35,102 nucleotides of DNA from Octopus bimaculoides (lineage: Eukaryota). Shown piece after piece: positions 11,501-22,645 of this stretch; positions within the stretch are counted from its first letter, which is position 1; each line of letters begins with the position of its first letter. The DNA is taken from contig NC_068983.1 of the NCBI RefSeq assembly GCF_001194135.2, forward strand, positions 77,765,964 to 77,801,065, read 5' to 3'. Under the pieces are notes generated by a model. That model saw only the letters and a list, made by a program, of their open reading frames with translations. It made no database searches and had not been told where the DNA came from. A program made the translations under genes and the position numbers.

Positions 11501-13870
11501 CGGCTAATAGCATCAAGCACAAGTAAAAGATGCTGTGTTGTGGGATCGAGCGCGAAAACCTAGTGATTGTAAAACAAACTTTTTAAATATTCGGCAATGC
11601 TGAGCTGATACGTGCGTGTGTAAGGTAATCAGAAATGCACTTGGGGATTACATATGCTAAAGTCAAAAGTGAGGGAAAATCAATGATGTCTTCCAGTCTA
11701 GTCCGGAAATTCAAGTTACACATATGTCTCAATACTAACATTAAAATTATACTAGAAATATATATTTTACACTCTAATGAATTAATGATACAACAAAATA
11801 GCAATTTATAACAACACTAAATCATGATAAATGTAAGTCTCAAATGAAATTAGATTAGAAAACTGCCATTTGCGTATTCTAATATGTTGTCAGGTGAGTA
11901 ATGGTGTTTCTGACGGAGGATGTAATGGAGATGCACTTTTCAATACAAATAATAGTTTTAATATAAAGAGAACAAGGGTACTTGAATGTACGCGGATAAT
12001 TGCACCGTCTCTCACTGATTTCTTTTGTTATACATGAATGATGGCGTGGCTGCAAGGGTTTGCTAGTTAATATTTACATATATCTAAATCATGCCAATTC
12101 CCCTCTGATAAATTTCGTATACATTGTAACGTTTATTTGTGTATTATATGGTTGATCGGAAAGGTACTTTTGTTGCTCAAATGCAGATGTATACACACAA
12201 GCACACATAGTGACATTAGATATATATTTAGATGGAACTATTCATTTAAAAGTTAAGTTGGAAACGTCATTTTAAACTACAGATATAATTTGTAAAACGA
12301 ATGTTAAACGCTACTTCCAGTAGACCCTGCAAAAAAATAGCGAAAATAAACAAAACCAAATACGTTTGTATGGTGGAGTAATTCATTAGGAAAGAAATTA
12401 TATTTGTCGGCTAGGAGCAAAATTGTATCAGCGTAGATCTCCACCACGTAATGACTAAGTGGATAAATATCTCTAAGAAGAATTGTTTCAGTGATAAATA
12501 TCAGTGCAGCTGTTTACTTAACTTTGAAAAGTTTGGCAATTGCTGCTGGCCTTTGAGATATCAATCTAACATAAGGACCCTGTTCGGTATTAAAATATAA
12601 AAGTTATCAACCATAATATAGAACCTACGATGTGCATATTGCTAAACCTTTGTTAGGATATTGTGCTAAGATTTTACGGACATTATTATTACAAAATTCA
12701 TGGTTGGAAACATTGTTTGTAACATGTCTATGTATTATAATTCATATCACTGGAATATTATATCTATATTGATTTTTTAGTATCTTCTATTTGTTCAGTA
12801 TAAGCAGATATGAAGCTGTGGGGTAACTAATCGAAAAGAACACTTAATTTGTATTTCTTCCTATAACTAGACAAGATTACATCATGATTACTCGGCAGTG
12901 TGTTGTTCTGCAATTTAAAACTTTAAGTGTACGCCCCTTGTTTTAAAGAGTGCAATACGTTAAGTTAATGGAAACACAGCTAATGCATTTATGAAGGAAG
13001 ATAGTGTAGATTCCCTCTCTCGTTGATTCTCATGTAAGCTTGTCAGATAAGAATGAAACTGCGATTTTGAAGATGGAGAAAATGAGAAGTAATAATATTA
13101 ATAGCATATACAAATTTATCGATGCAAAGGGAGAGAACATGTATATATACATGTATATATATGTATTTATGTGTATTTATTCCATAGAAATATGCATGCA
13201 TTTTTTGTGTTTATATTCAGCTATAAATGTGTTTTGAGGAATTATTTGTTGTATATTGTTTTCTATAATTAATTTGGGTTACAACCTTCTTCAACGGTTC
13301 TGTTTTCCTGTTGTTTTCGAGATTTATTTTTGGTCTTTGCTTTTTCTTGAATATTTGGTAAACTCAAATTTGGAGAATAAAGAAACAAAAACCCTAACCG
13401 ACATGATATTCAGCAGGGATAGTGGAAGCATCATTCTAATCCTTGGCAATTTTGTGTTTGTAAAAACCTAGCATCGTATGTGTAGTCTTGCTGTAAAGCG
13501 TATCAGCTTTCCATGTCGAAAGCATGCAATATCAGCTGATAAACACTTCATACATTAAACTTCACAAAGCTAACATGACTCACAGTTTCGTATACGTTAT
13601 GGTCTGTCTTCTGCAGGGAAACATTCAAACCAGTGAATCTATATATTCCTTTTCATAATAACAATGAATTCAAGCCTGCATAATTTTTACAATAACGAGG
13701 TGAATTTTGTTGTAGTAAAAGAAACGTAGTATCATTATTTCATAGAACACATAAGCCGTATTCCTTATGTTCTCTTGACTAAAGACGAAACTCGCCATAG
13801 ATATTTCATATTCTCATCAAATAGTTATTTCAAATCTCACGTAAAGTAAGTTATATATAACGGATGTTTC

Positions 13871-14068
13871 AGGCAGTGATGTGGCAGCATCATTAGCACG
13901 CTTGGTAGCATTTTGTCCATCTTCAGGCTCTCAGTTAAAATTCCGCTAAGATCGACTTTGCCTGTCATCATTTCGGGCTCGATGAAATAAGTATCTGCTG
14001 AATACTGGGTTTGATGTAATCAACTTACCCACTCCTCTGAACTTGCTGGTCATATGTCAAAACGAATA
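13871..14068 (+). mobile_element. SINE family B, degenerate
   Basis: aggcagtgatgtggcag head, aaattccgctaagatcgactttgcctgtcatcatttcgggctcgatgaaataagta core, gatgtaatcaactta; homologous to 112-340. Confidence 0.85.
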
Positions 14069-14772
14069 TTATATATAAGAGGGAAATTCTTCGTCTGATT
14101 AGGCTCATTGTTTGATGGCTATGTATAATATTTCTATTTACGTTTGGCCTTCGTAATCATATTTTCCTGCTCTCATCTTATGTCTTAAAATCTTACCGTC
14201 CATGTTATAAGCTTTAAACGGAAGCAAAGCCTAGTAGTAGTCTTATACACACAACTGCACCGCATTGATATAGGATACGCTATAGGGTATTATTATTGAC
14301 ATTCCTTAATTTGAGACTGGAAGTGTAAATACTCCGAGAAAACGTTTTGATACGATCAAAAATGAATTTCAGTGTATTATTAAATAAACTGATATTGTGA
14401 CGAATGATACGACACGGAACTATAACCCACTAGAAACACAACATTTATGAGACAATTAGTCCTGTTTTACTAGGGGAATGGGTAACTTTGTTTTTAATTT
14501 CTTTGTTTTTAATTTCTTTTCACCGTTATTCGTAAACCTAAGTTACATTTAGTGCAATCTGGAAAAATCTATAACAAAATTTCTTCAAGAGAATATTGCT
14601 TCAAGAAATGTGAGGTATTGTGTGCAGATAAGTTTCTATGCACTTATTCATTTTATTGTATATCACATATTGAAAATCAAACAACACTATATAGACTAAC
14701 AAAGAATTTCGTTGCAAATGAATACTACACAAATTCCATGAATATAAGTTTTCTGAAAAACACTGGGGATTC

Positions 14773-15099
14773 AGTCTGTTTCATTTGCAAAATCATCCCC
14801 CTTCAATTTTGCTCAATTGTTTTCAATTTTGGCGTATAGATGCAGTTTTGAATTTTGATTACATCAACCAATTACTGTATCTCGTAAATTAAAGAATTTT
14901 ATGTCATTTGAAATTAAAGCCTGTTGATTGGCTAAAATTACCCAATTTTTTCCAACTGTAATTTCAAATAACATCAGATTCTGTAATTTACGAGATAAAG
15001 TAATTGATTGAGTGTAATCAAAATTCAGAACTGCATCGATACTCCAAAACTGAAAACAATCTAAGCTAAATTGGGCTGATTTTGCGAATGAAACAGACT
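14773..15099. mobile_element. foldback element / MITE with ~143-bp inverted arms
   Basis: 14773-14916 (agtctgtttcatttgcaaaatc...tttgaaatta) is the imperfect reverse complement of 14959-15099 (taatttcaaata...gcgaatgaaacagact); 42-nt spacer; superfamily not assigned. Confidence 0.88.
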
Positions 15100-17611
15100 A
15101 GGTATAACACCAGTTTGTAGGTTTTCTAACCGATGTCCACACCTTCTCCAGCGATTGTATGTATGATATTTATGCATGTGTCTGAATATTGATCGATGAA
15201 CAATGAGCATGCATATTATTTTTTAATGAACTGCGAAAACGAACATTACGTTTAAGTGCAACTATTGAATTGCATTTTCTATTGCCAATAGTATCATTTA
15301 AATGTCTCTTCTCAGTTAACTGCAATGCAAAATCAACGCATTTGCCATTAGGTACATTGGATGTAAAGAATGCTCACTCATCGTCTCAAGAATGTTCATG
15401 TTTATGAACACGGCTGGTAAATGTCTTATAACCTTACATCGACATATTTCGGCTTGAAAAGCATAACAACATACTCAATCACATAGAAACAACGATTCTA
15501 CATAAATAATACAATCCTATCATATACATACAAGAAAGAATAAGCTGCATCGATGGATTAGACTATCATATCAGCTCTAATTAAGTATATTATCAAATGT
15601 GTCCAGCCGTAATCGACTTTTTATTTATGTACCTAGTCTTAATGAACCTAAAACTACAATAGCTAATGTGCTCCATATATCTACAACCTCATCATTTAGT
15701 GTGTCCTTGCATTTCTGAAATATTTGTTTACTATTGCTATAATATGAAGAAAGTACAGAGAGCTTTCTCAGTCTTATGGGCTATGTTACCCATTGGATAT
15801 CTAAAATATTACTGGTAATATTGATAGTGCAATGTTTTTAACCTTAAAATAGTATAGACGGTTGAAAATGTTAATTTCAAACATTCAAAATCCTCTGTCC
15901 ATTTTAAGAAGCATTTTAAGAAGCACAGATATAGGAACTTACACGTTAGTTTACCTACCATGAAATTGTAGTCAAACACGATATACAGATTTTGTCCAAA
16001 CAACTGCACCTGTTACTATTGCTAGCATAGAGCAGCTTAGCCAGTTGTTCCTACACTATCCTATGATATTGAAACCAACTAAATATTCTTTTGTTCTTCC
16101 TAATTCTCATATGTTTAGTTTATTTACTTGACCCACAATGAAATACTCAGTATTTATGAGACGACGTGCGTCATATATTCTTTTACTATAGAATTAATGG
16201 AAACTGAATGAGATCACATTAATATTTGCCCTGCTTAACTTTTCGGGGAGAATATTTGGTATTAATTCTAACAGAGATTAATCAGTTGAACTTCGTTCCT
16301 TTATGAGAGATTTTAATCCGTTGAATATACGTATGTGCGCGCGCGTGTGTGTGATATGTATGTGTTTTATGTGTGTGTGTGTGTGCGCATTAAGAAAGTA
16401 ATGTTGCAGCTATTTTTGTATCAATGAATTATCTATCTGCATACATTAGAAGTCAGAAACAAATAATCTAAGAAAATTGTTAGAATAATGTACTAGTCCA
16501 TAATGTATACCTTTAAGATACCTCCAGCCGTCCACTTCAGCTGATATTTTTCAATCGGTACATTCAATCTCACGCCATATACTGTGATTTGTAATCTTTT
16601 GCCTTGGGAATCAAGTTCAACAGCGGCAATACTTCAAAGTAGATTTAATCAAATCAGTGACGTCAAATCATTTAGACTTTTAACAGCTGAAATGCTTTAG
16701 GAAAATTTTTATTCACTTATTCATTTATTCTGTGATTTAAGCTTGAAGACGTGTGTTGCAAATATATTTCAGAGTTTATATGTGTTGCAACAAAATACTT
16801 TTAATGGTAGAAAAATCACGAATCTGGTTCATACTTGACTTTTAATACTTTCATTTTAATACTTTCATTCTTACCCTCTAAATCATCAGTGTTTGTGTAT
16901 TATTTGATAATGAGAAAAACCCTTTGTTTATGACAATTTACTTATTTTCAGAAGGTATATTAAAACTGCAATAATGCTAAATAATCACCGGAAATAACTG
17001 ATGCTTTACACGTAAGCAGGCGCCATATGTCCATATTTTCACAAACGTTGTTAGCATATTTAACAATCTCTGTTACTTTAATTATTATCTCATATGACGT
17101 GCTGAATGTAAAGCGCTCTATGCGCTGCTTCCGGTTCACACTTCTCAAATGGATTTTATCTAATTATTGTTGGATAATGCATGAGGATTACATAATTTTT
17201 GGTTTCAAATAGAAAGCTCACTGGTGTAAGATTTTTAGAGGACAGCAGTGTTCCATACATGAAACCAATGTGTACACATACATGCATACACACATAAATA
17301 CATACACACACATAGGTAAAAGACTAGTCCCCAGAAAGCCCCAATGTAGACCTTGAAGATTGAAAGCATGTTATTGATGAGTAAGCAAATAGCGACTAAA
17401 TTACTCTGACAGGGAAAACTGACTACTGACTCCTTCTTTTATGAACACATTAAACAAACCATTGGATAGTTTGTTGGCAAAAAAAAGAAGTGGTTTTGAA
17501 CATGTGCATGTGTTTATTTTAATCTTTATTAGAATAATGATACTCCTTAGACACAGTAATATATATATATGTATGTGTGTGTGTATGTGTGTGCGTGCAC
17601 GTGAATGCATA

Positions 17612-17815
17612 TTTGTCTTTGTGCGATTGATGTATCCCCGATGACAAGCGGGATCGCTGTGATAATATCTTCGTAAGTTAGCGCTTCAGCAAATTGCCGA
17701 TAGTATATACGTACCAAGCTTAGCAAACAATAAGTACAGGGATCGATTTGTTCGACTAACATTCTTCAAGGCGGTGTCACAGCTTCGACACTGTTTAATG
17801 ACTGAAAGAAATAAA
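17612..17815 (+). mobile_element. SINE family A, 3' half, degenerate
   Basis: cgtaagttagcgcttcagcaaa..ccgatag..aataagtacagggatcgatttgttcgactaa..aaggcggtg..atgactgaaag matches the 3' half seen at 25847-26070; preceded by a TA/TG microsatellite. Confidence 0.8.
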
Positions 17816-17980
17816 TGATAAAAGATATGAATTATTCATTAATTTATTTCAAATGATTTTTTTTTTCTGTGACGTCATATATCATCATCAAACTCAAAGT
17901 GCACGAACATTAATAGTCAAAAGATAATGATTAAGAGCTTTATAAATAGAGAATTTTAGAAAATAAAATATAGTATCGAC

Positions 17981-18192
17981 TTCAATTTTTGGCACAAGCC
18001 CAACAATCTCAGGGGAAAGGTAAGTCGATTACATCGACCACAATGTTCAACTTATACTCATTTTATCAACCACGAAGTGATGAAAAGTAATTGGAATTCG
18101 GGGCATATTGAACTTACATCGTGAAAATAGACAAAATGCTACTAAGCATTTTTTTACCCAGAGTGCTAACGATTCCGCCAGATCTCCGCCTT
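17981..18192 (-). mobile_element. SINE family B
   Basis: gtcgattacatcgacc, ttttatcaaccacgaagtgatgaaaag, ctaagcatttt, gctaacgattccgccag..ccgcctt; homologous to 112-340. Confidence 0.85.
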
Positions 18193-18213
18193 ATAACAGA
18201 TTACAAAACTGGC

Positions 18214-18421
18214 TTCAAATTTTGACATAAAGTTAGCAATTACGAGGGAGGGAGGAAGTCAATTTCATCACCTCCACTGCTCAACTGATACTTGTCTTAT
18301 TGACACCGAAAGTACGAAAGGCAAAGTGAATCACGGCAGAATTTTAACTCAAAACATAATGACGGACGAAATACCGCTAAGCATTTTTTCCGGAATGCTA
18401 GAATTCCGCACCCACCGCCTT
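18214..18421 (-). mobile_element. SINE family B
   Basis: gaaaggcaaagtgaatcacggcagaattttaactc..gacggacgaaataccgctaagcatttt..ccgcctt. Confidence 0.88.
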
Positions 18422-18456
18422 ATAACAGTTTATATTACTGAAACTAGATATTAGTA

Positions 18457-18605
18457 CACTGGGCGAAATGCTTAGCGTCATTTCGTCCGTCTTTACATTC
18501 AGAGTTCAAATTCCGCCTTTGATCCTTTCGAGGTCAATGAAATAAGTACCAGCTGAGTCCCTGGGTTCCCACGAACTTGCTGGACTTGTTCCAAAATTTG
18601 AAACC
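18457..18605 (+). mobile_element. SINE family B, 5'-truncated, internal deletions
   Basis: gggcgaaatgcttagcgtcatttcgtccgtc..gagttcaaattccgcc..atcctttcgaggtcaatgaaataagtaccagctgag. Confidence 0.88.
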
Positions 18606-19519
18606 AATATTAGAACTGTATGATTCAGTTAAAGGGGATATTAATAATGAATGCTTCGAGTGTTTTGTTATAAACGAAATATAAGTAAATAGCCTTAAAC
18701 ATCGTAATTCATTGAAAGTTGGAGGAGACAAATATCTTCTTTATCATTATGCAAACTCGACACTGGAATTGATTACCTACAGGATAAATATTATATTTAG
18801 GATGTTTCATTGTGTGTAAATTAATTGCATTACCTTTCAGCGAAGGACAGCTAATTTCCATTTATTATAATATATTTACAACATGCGTTTCCGCATATGT
18901 CTTTTTCATGAAACATTAAGCAATCATGATCAAATTTGATTATACTAACATTATTACAATTAGTTTCAATTCCATTTATATATATATAATGAATAATATG
19001 TATGTATAATGTATACGTATGTATATACATGTATTGTGAGTGTTCAAAAATTTTTACAAAGTACAATTTTGATAATACCCGTGATAACATGCCATACAAA
19101 GTTTATAATATTGTCTACACTATTTATATCATTCTAATCTAAACATTTCTAATCCCCTAAACTAGTAGCAACCTTTCTGACGGGTTTCCACACTGTTGTC
19201 ATCCACTAAATGCCGCATACTCACAAGGATATATCAACCTGACATTGTAGGGAGTTTAAATACAATGATTTATAATTCTTCATTATGCAAAACTGTGAAT
19301 TTAAGCAAACGAATAAAATTTATACAAAATTAACCATGAGTTCATGCTTTGTGACAGAAATCAGTTACTTAATTAGACACACCAATTGTCATACATGTTG
19401 TCAACACTGGTACCAATAACGTAGAATCCCTACATCTGTAATTTTAGCGCAACAGGCGATGATAATAGTAAGTTGACATCTCCCTCAGGCGAATCATGTA
19501 TTCATCGTGCGCGTGTGCA

Positions 19520-19610
19520 TGAGAGAGAAAGAGAAAGAGAGAGAAAGAGACAGAATCAGAGAGACTGAGACAGAGAGACAGACAGGCAGACAGACAGACA
19601 GACAGACAGA
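19520..19610. repeat. (GA)n/(GACA)n microsatellite
   Basis: Direct inspection. Confidence 0.9.
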
Positions 19611-19884
19611 AGGTATTTATAAATAGTTCTTGGCAGATGTTCCGACTATTAATATACAGTAGTTTGATCAATTACATCTCCGGGCTAGACTAAACCTCTG
19701 TGGTGTGTGACAAGTTTTGACTTTTGAATTACAAGTACAATCCATCCTACATGCTTCAATATACATTCCATATGTCCAATAAAATCTATAAGTCAACTTG
19801 CCGCTATAGAATACCACACACGCAAGAATCAAAACAGATTTCACGAGTTGATGATTGCATTGCAAAGTTTTTAATTGTTGGTCA

Positions 19885-20249
19885 NNNNNNNNNNNNNNNN
19901 NNNNNNNNNNNNNNNNNNNNNNNNNNNNNNNNNNNNNNNNNNNNNNNNNNNNNNNNNNNNNNNNNNNNNNNNNNNNNNNNNNNNNNNNNNNNNNNNNNNN
20001 NNNNNNNNNNNNNNNNNNNNNNNNNNNNNNNNNNNNNNNNNNNNNNNNNNNNNNNNNNNNNNNNNNNNNNNNNNNNNNNNNNNNNNNNNNNNNNNNNNNN
20101 NNNNNNNNNNNNNNNNNNNNNNNNNNNNNNNNNNNNNNNNNNNNNNNNNNNNNNNNNNNNNNNNNNNNNNNNNNNNNNNNNNNNNNNNNNNNNNNNNNNN
20201 NNNNNNNNNNNNNNNNNNNNNNNNNNNNNNNNNNNNNNNNNNNNNNNNN
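19885..20249. other. assembly gap (N run)
   Basis: N run. Confidence 1.
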
Positions 20250-20263
20250 CGTGGGGTTGTGTT

Positions 20264-20469
20264 GGTTTCAAATTTTAGCACAAGGGCAGCAGGTTTGGCG
20301 AAGGGGCTTAGTCGATTACATTGACCCCCATGTTCCACTGATATTCATTTAATTTGACTCCGAAAGGATAAAGAGCGATGTTCACCCTCGGCGAAATTTG
20401 AAAGCAGGCATAAAGAGGACGAAATGTCACAAAGCATTTTGCCCGTTGCGGTAACGATTCTACCACCTT
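20264..20469 (-). mobile_element. SINE family B, degenerate
   Basis: gtcgattacattgacccc, ccgaaaggataaag, ctcggcgaaatttgaa, ggacgaaatg..aagcattttgccc. Confidence 0.85.
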
Positions 20470-20487
20470 ATTTATACATACACTGAT

Positions 20488-20689
20488 TTCAAATTTTGGC
20501 GCAACACCAGCAATTTCTGTTGGCTGGGACAGTCGATTGCCATCGACCCCAGTGCTCAAATGGGACTTATGTTATCGATCCCGAAAGAATGAATGGCAAA
20601 ATGGAGCTTGGCGGGATTGGAAATGAGGACGTAAAGATGGGCTAAGAGTTTCGACCAACGTGCTAAATTTTCTACCAGCTCGATACCTT
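20488..20689 (-). mobile_element. SINE family B, degenerate
   Basis: catcgaccccagtgctcaaatgggacttatgttatcgatcccgaaagaatgaatggcaaa core. Confidence 0.85.
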
Positions 20690-20769
20690 ATTTCTATATA
20701 TTCAAAATCTAATTTTTGTCTGTTTGTTTCTTACTTTGTTTCTCTCTCAAAATGAATTGAATTTCTGTC

Positions 20770-21260
20770 TATTTGTTTGTTTGTCTGCCAAAATGAAAGT
20801 AAATACAACAAATCTAGGAGTAGTCTCACCTTGGTTCAGATTCGAAACTGAATCCTTCAGTTCTCCTTGAGCATACGGCCCATACAAACGTCAAAAGGAA
20901 CCGTGACAAATGGGTGTTCCACTTGACCTGTGGCCTTTTCAGTGCCACCAGAAGTTCGTTCACATAATGAGTGACATGGATTCGGTAAAGCTATTGTTCC
21001 ATTTGATAGTGTCTGTTTCTTTGTTTGTCGCACAAAATGAATGTAAAAACAGCAAAAGCTGTATGAGTTATCTCAACCTAGTTCAGATTCGAAACTGAAT
21101 CTTCAAATTCTCCTTGGGCGTACGACCTGTTCAAACGTCGAAATGTATCGTAACAAATGGGTATTCCACTTCACCTGTCGCCTATTCATTGCCATCACTC
21201 AGTCACATGGATTCGGTAAAGCTATTGTTCCATATGATATAGCTAGTTTTCTTGCTTGTC
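20770..21260 (+). repeat. two diverged ~231-247-bp tandem units
   Basis: ttcagattcgaaactgaat at 20835 and 21082 (period 247); acatggattcggtaaagctattgttccat at 20974 and 21205 (period 231). Confidence 0.93.
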
Positions 21261-21743
21261 GGTTCAGGTATAAATATACAAACTTCTTTGAGATAGGCAG
21301 AGAGAATCCGACAGCGGAGACGCACAACACACAGAGACAGAATTTGACAGGGAAACGAAAAGCACCGTCACACCCACAAACAGATAATTCACATCAACAA
21401 CATGCATTCCGACTTACAGATCTACTTCGCTTTAATTACCGACTGCTACAGTGAAACTTCTCTATCACACATCGCCTTGCCTTGAATTCCTGTGATATAG
21501 CGTCGAAAATTCAGCGTTAACACTGACAGAACACAGCATTTGTAATTTTATTTGACTATTATATACAGATATTCCTTACCAAAAAATGTCTCCCAAAGAA
21601 AGAGCGTTAAAGAACGAACACGAAAGAAACGCACGACCTACAGCGGAAAACAAAGATGAGAGACGCGCACCACTGCTTGCAGATGATGAACAAAGAATGA
21701 AAGCTCGACTTACATCTGAAACCGAACATCAACACGACTTGCA

Positions 21744-21950
21744 GATAGCCAACAAATAATCGCAGCTCGACGTACTTCAGAAAACGAAGACTAAAGAAAT
21801 GCATGACGAGCTGATAGCCAACAAAGAATGGCAGCTCGACGTGCCGCAGAAAACGAAGACTAAAGAAATGTATGACGTGCAGTTAGCCAACAAAAAATGG
21901 AAACCCGATGTGCATCATAAAACGAAGATCAAAGAAATGCAAAACGTGCA
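21744..21950 (+). repeat. three 69-bp (23-codon) tandem repeats within the Helitron-like ORF
   Basis: Units start at 21744, 21813 and 21882 (g[a/t]tagccaacaaa). Confidence 0.9.
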
Positions 21951-22039
21951 GCAGAAAACGAAGACGGAAGAAATACACCAATTACAGTTGATCGTCTTCG
22001 AAGAGCATCACATCGTATACAAGAAACACCACAAGAAAC

Positions 22040-22400
22040 TGCAAATAGACGTGGTGTTGGACATCATTAGCCTCGTCAGTTATTTTTGCCATTACATAAT
22101 TGTCTTCATGGCTGCATCTACACCACCGATGCTATTACTATTAACTTATCCCTATCATCACTGTCACTGCCACCATAGTTATCATCATCAACTTCCACTT
22201 AGTCATCACCATTATTACCACCGTCTTCATCGTCATTGCCATTGCCATCATCACCGTCGTTGTTTATTGATTCTCATCATAATATATGTATTCATTATTT
22301 ATAGTACTTCTCCTATGAGGCAGACCGCCTATAAAATGAATGTTATTGTCAGCATGCCTACAAGCTAAACAACGGTAATTATCATTGTCATCGCAGTAAG
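22040..22400. repeat. cryptic (CAT/CAC/TAT)n low-complexity tract
   Basis: Degenerate trinucleotide repeats; explains the poly-His end of ORF 21799..22368. Confidence 0.8.
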
Positions 22401-22549
22401 TTAACACGCAAGAAATTTCAATTAATAACTTAGCATAATTCTCCTGCAAATTTGTATCATAGTTACGTATATCTCCTCGTTTCAGAGAAGTCTGAAATAC
22501 ATATTATACACATATCTCACTCACTAATATGAAGTTTCACCATCTGGAA

Positions 22550-22555
<6 letters not shown>

Positions 22556-22622
<67 letters not shown>

Positions 22623-22645
22623 GTCTCTCTCTGTTTCTCTCTCTT
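22556..22645. repeat. (CT)n microsatellite
   Basis: Direct inspection. Confidence 0.95.

Larger units (their letters stand above)
20693..22040 (+). mobile_element. Helitron 5' portion (5' end, tandem repeats, decayed Rep-helicase N-terminus)
   Basis: Starts tctatatattcaaaa followed by gtctgtttgttt repeats, like animal Helitron 5' ends; ATG at 21586 after acceptor tatacag (21568); degraded ORF MSPKERALKNEHERNAR..ADDEQRMKARLTSE..ADSQQRMAARRAAENED..RIQETPQETANRR resembles the E/R/Q-rich repeats at the N-terminus of Helitron Rep-helicases; no Rep or helicase motif or 3' end seen. Confidence 0.7.

Noticed and set aside
11020-11590. Possible old mariner 5' end and SINE head remnants
   Set aside because: Too degenerate to delimit or classify.
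15901-16867. Short tandem duplications (12 bp at 15901-24; 14 bp at 16840-67)
   Set aside because: Ordinary slippage events.
20770-21950. CRISPR-like repeat array
   Set aside because: Whole units are homologous, with no unique spacers or cas genes; eukaryotic TE context.
21799-22368. 189-aa His-rich ORF
   Set aside because: Off-frame Helitron repeats fused to a cryptic CAT/CAC microsatellite.
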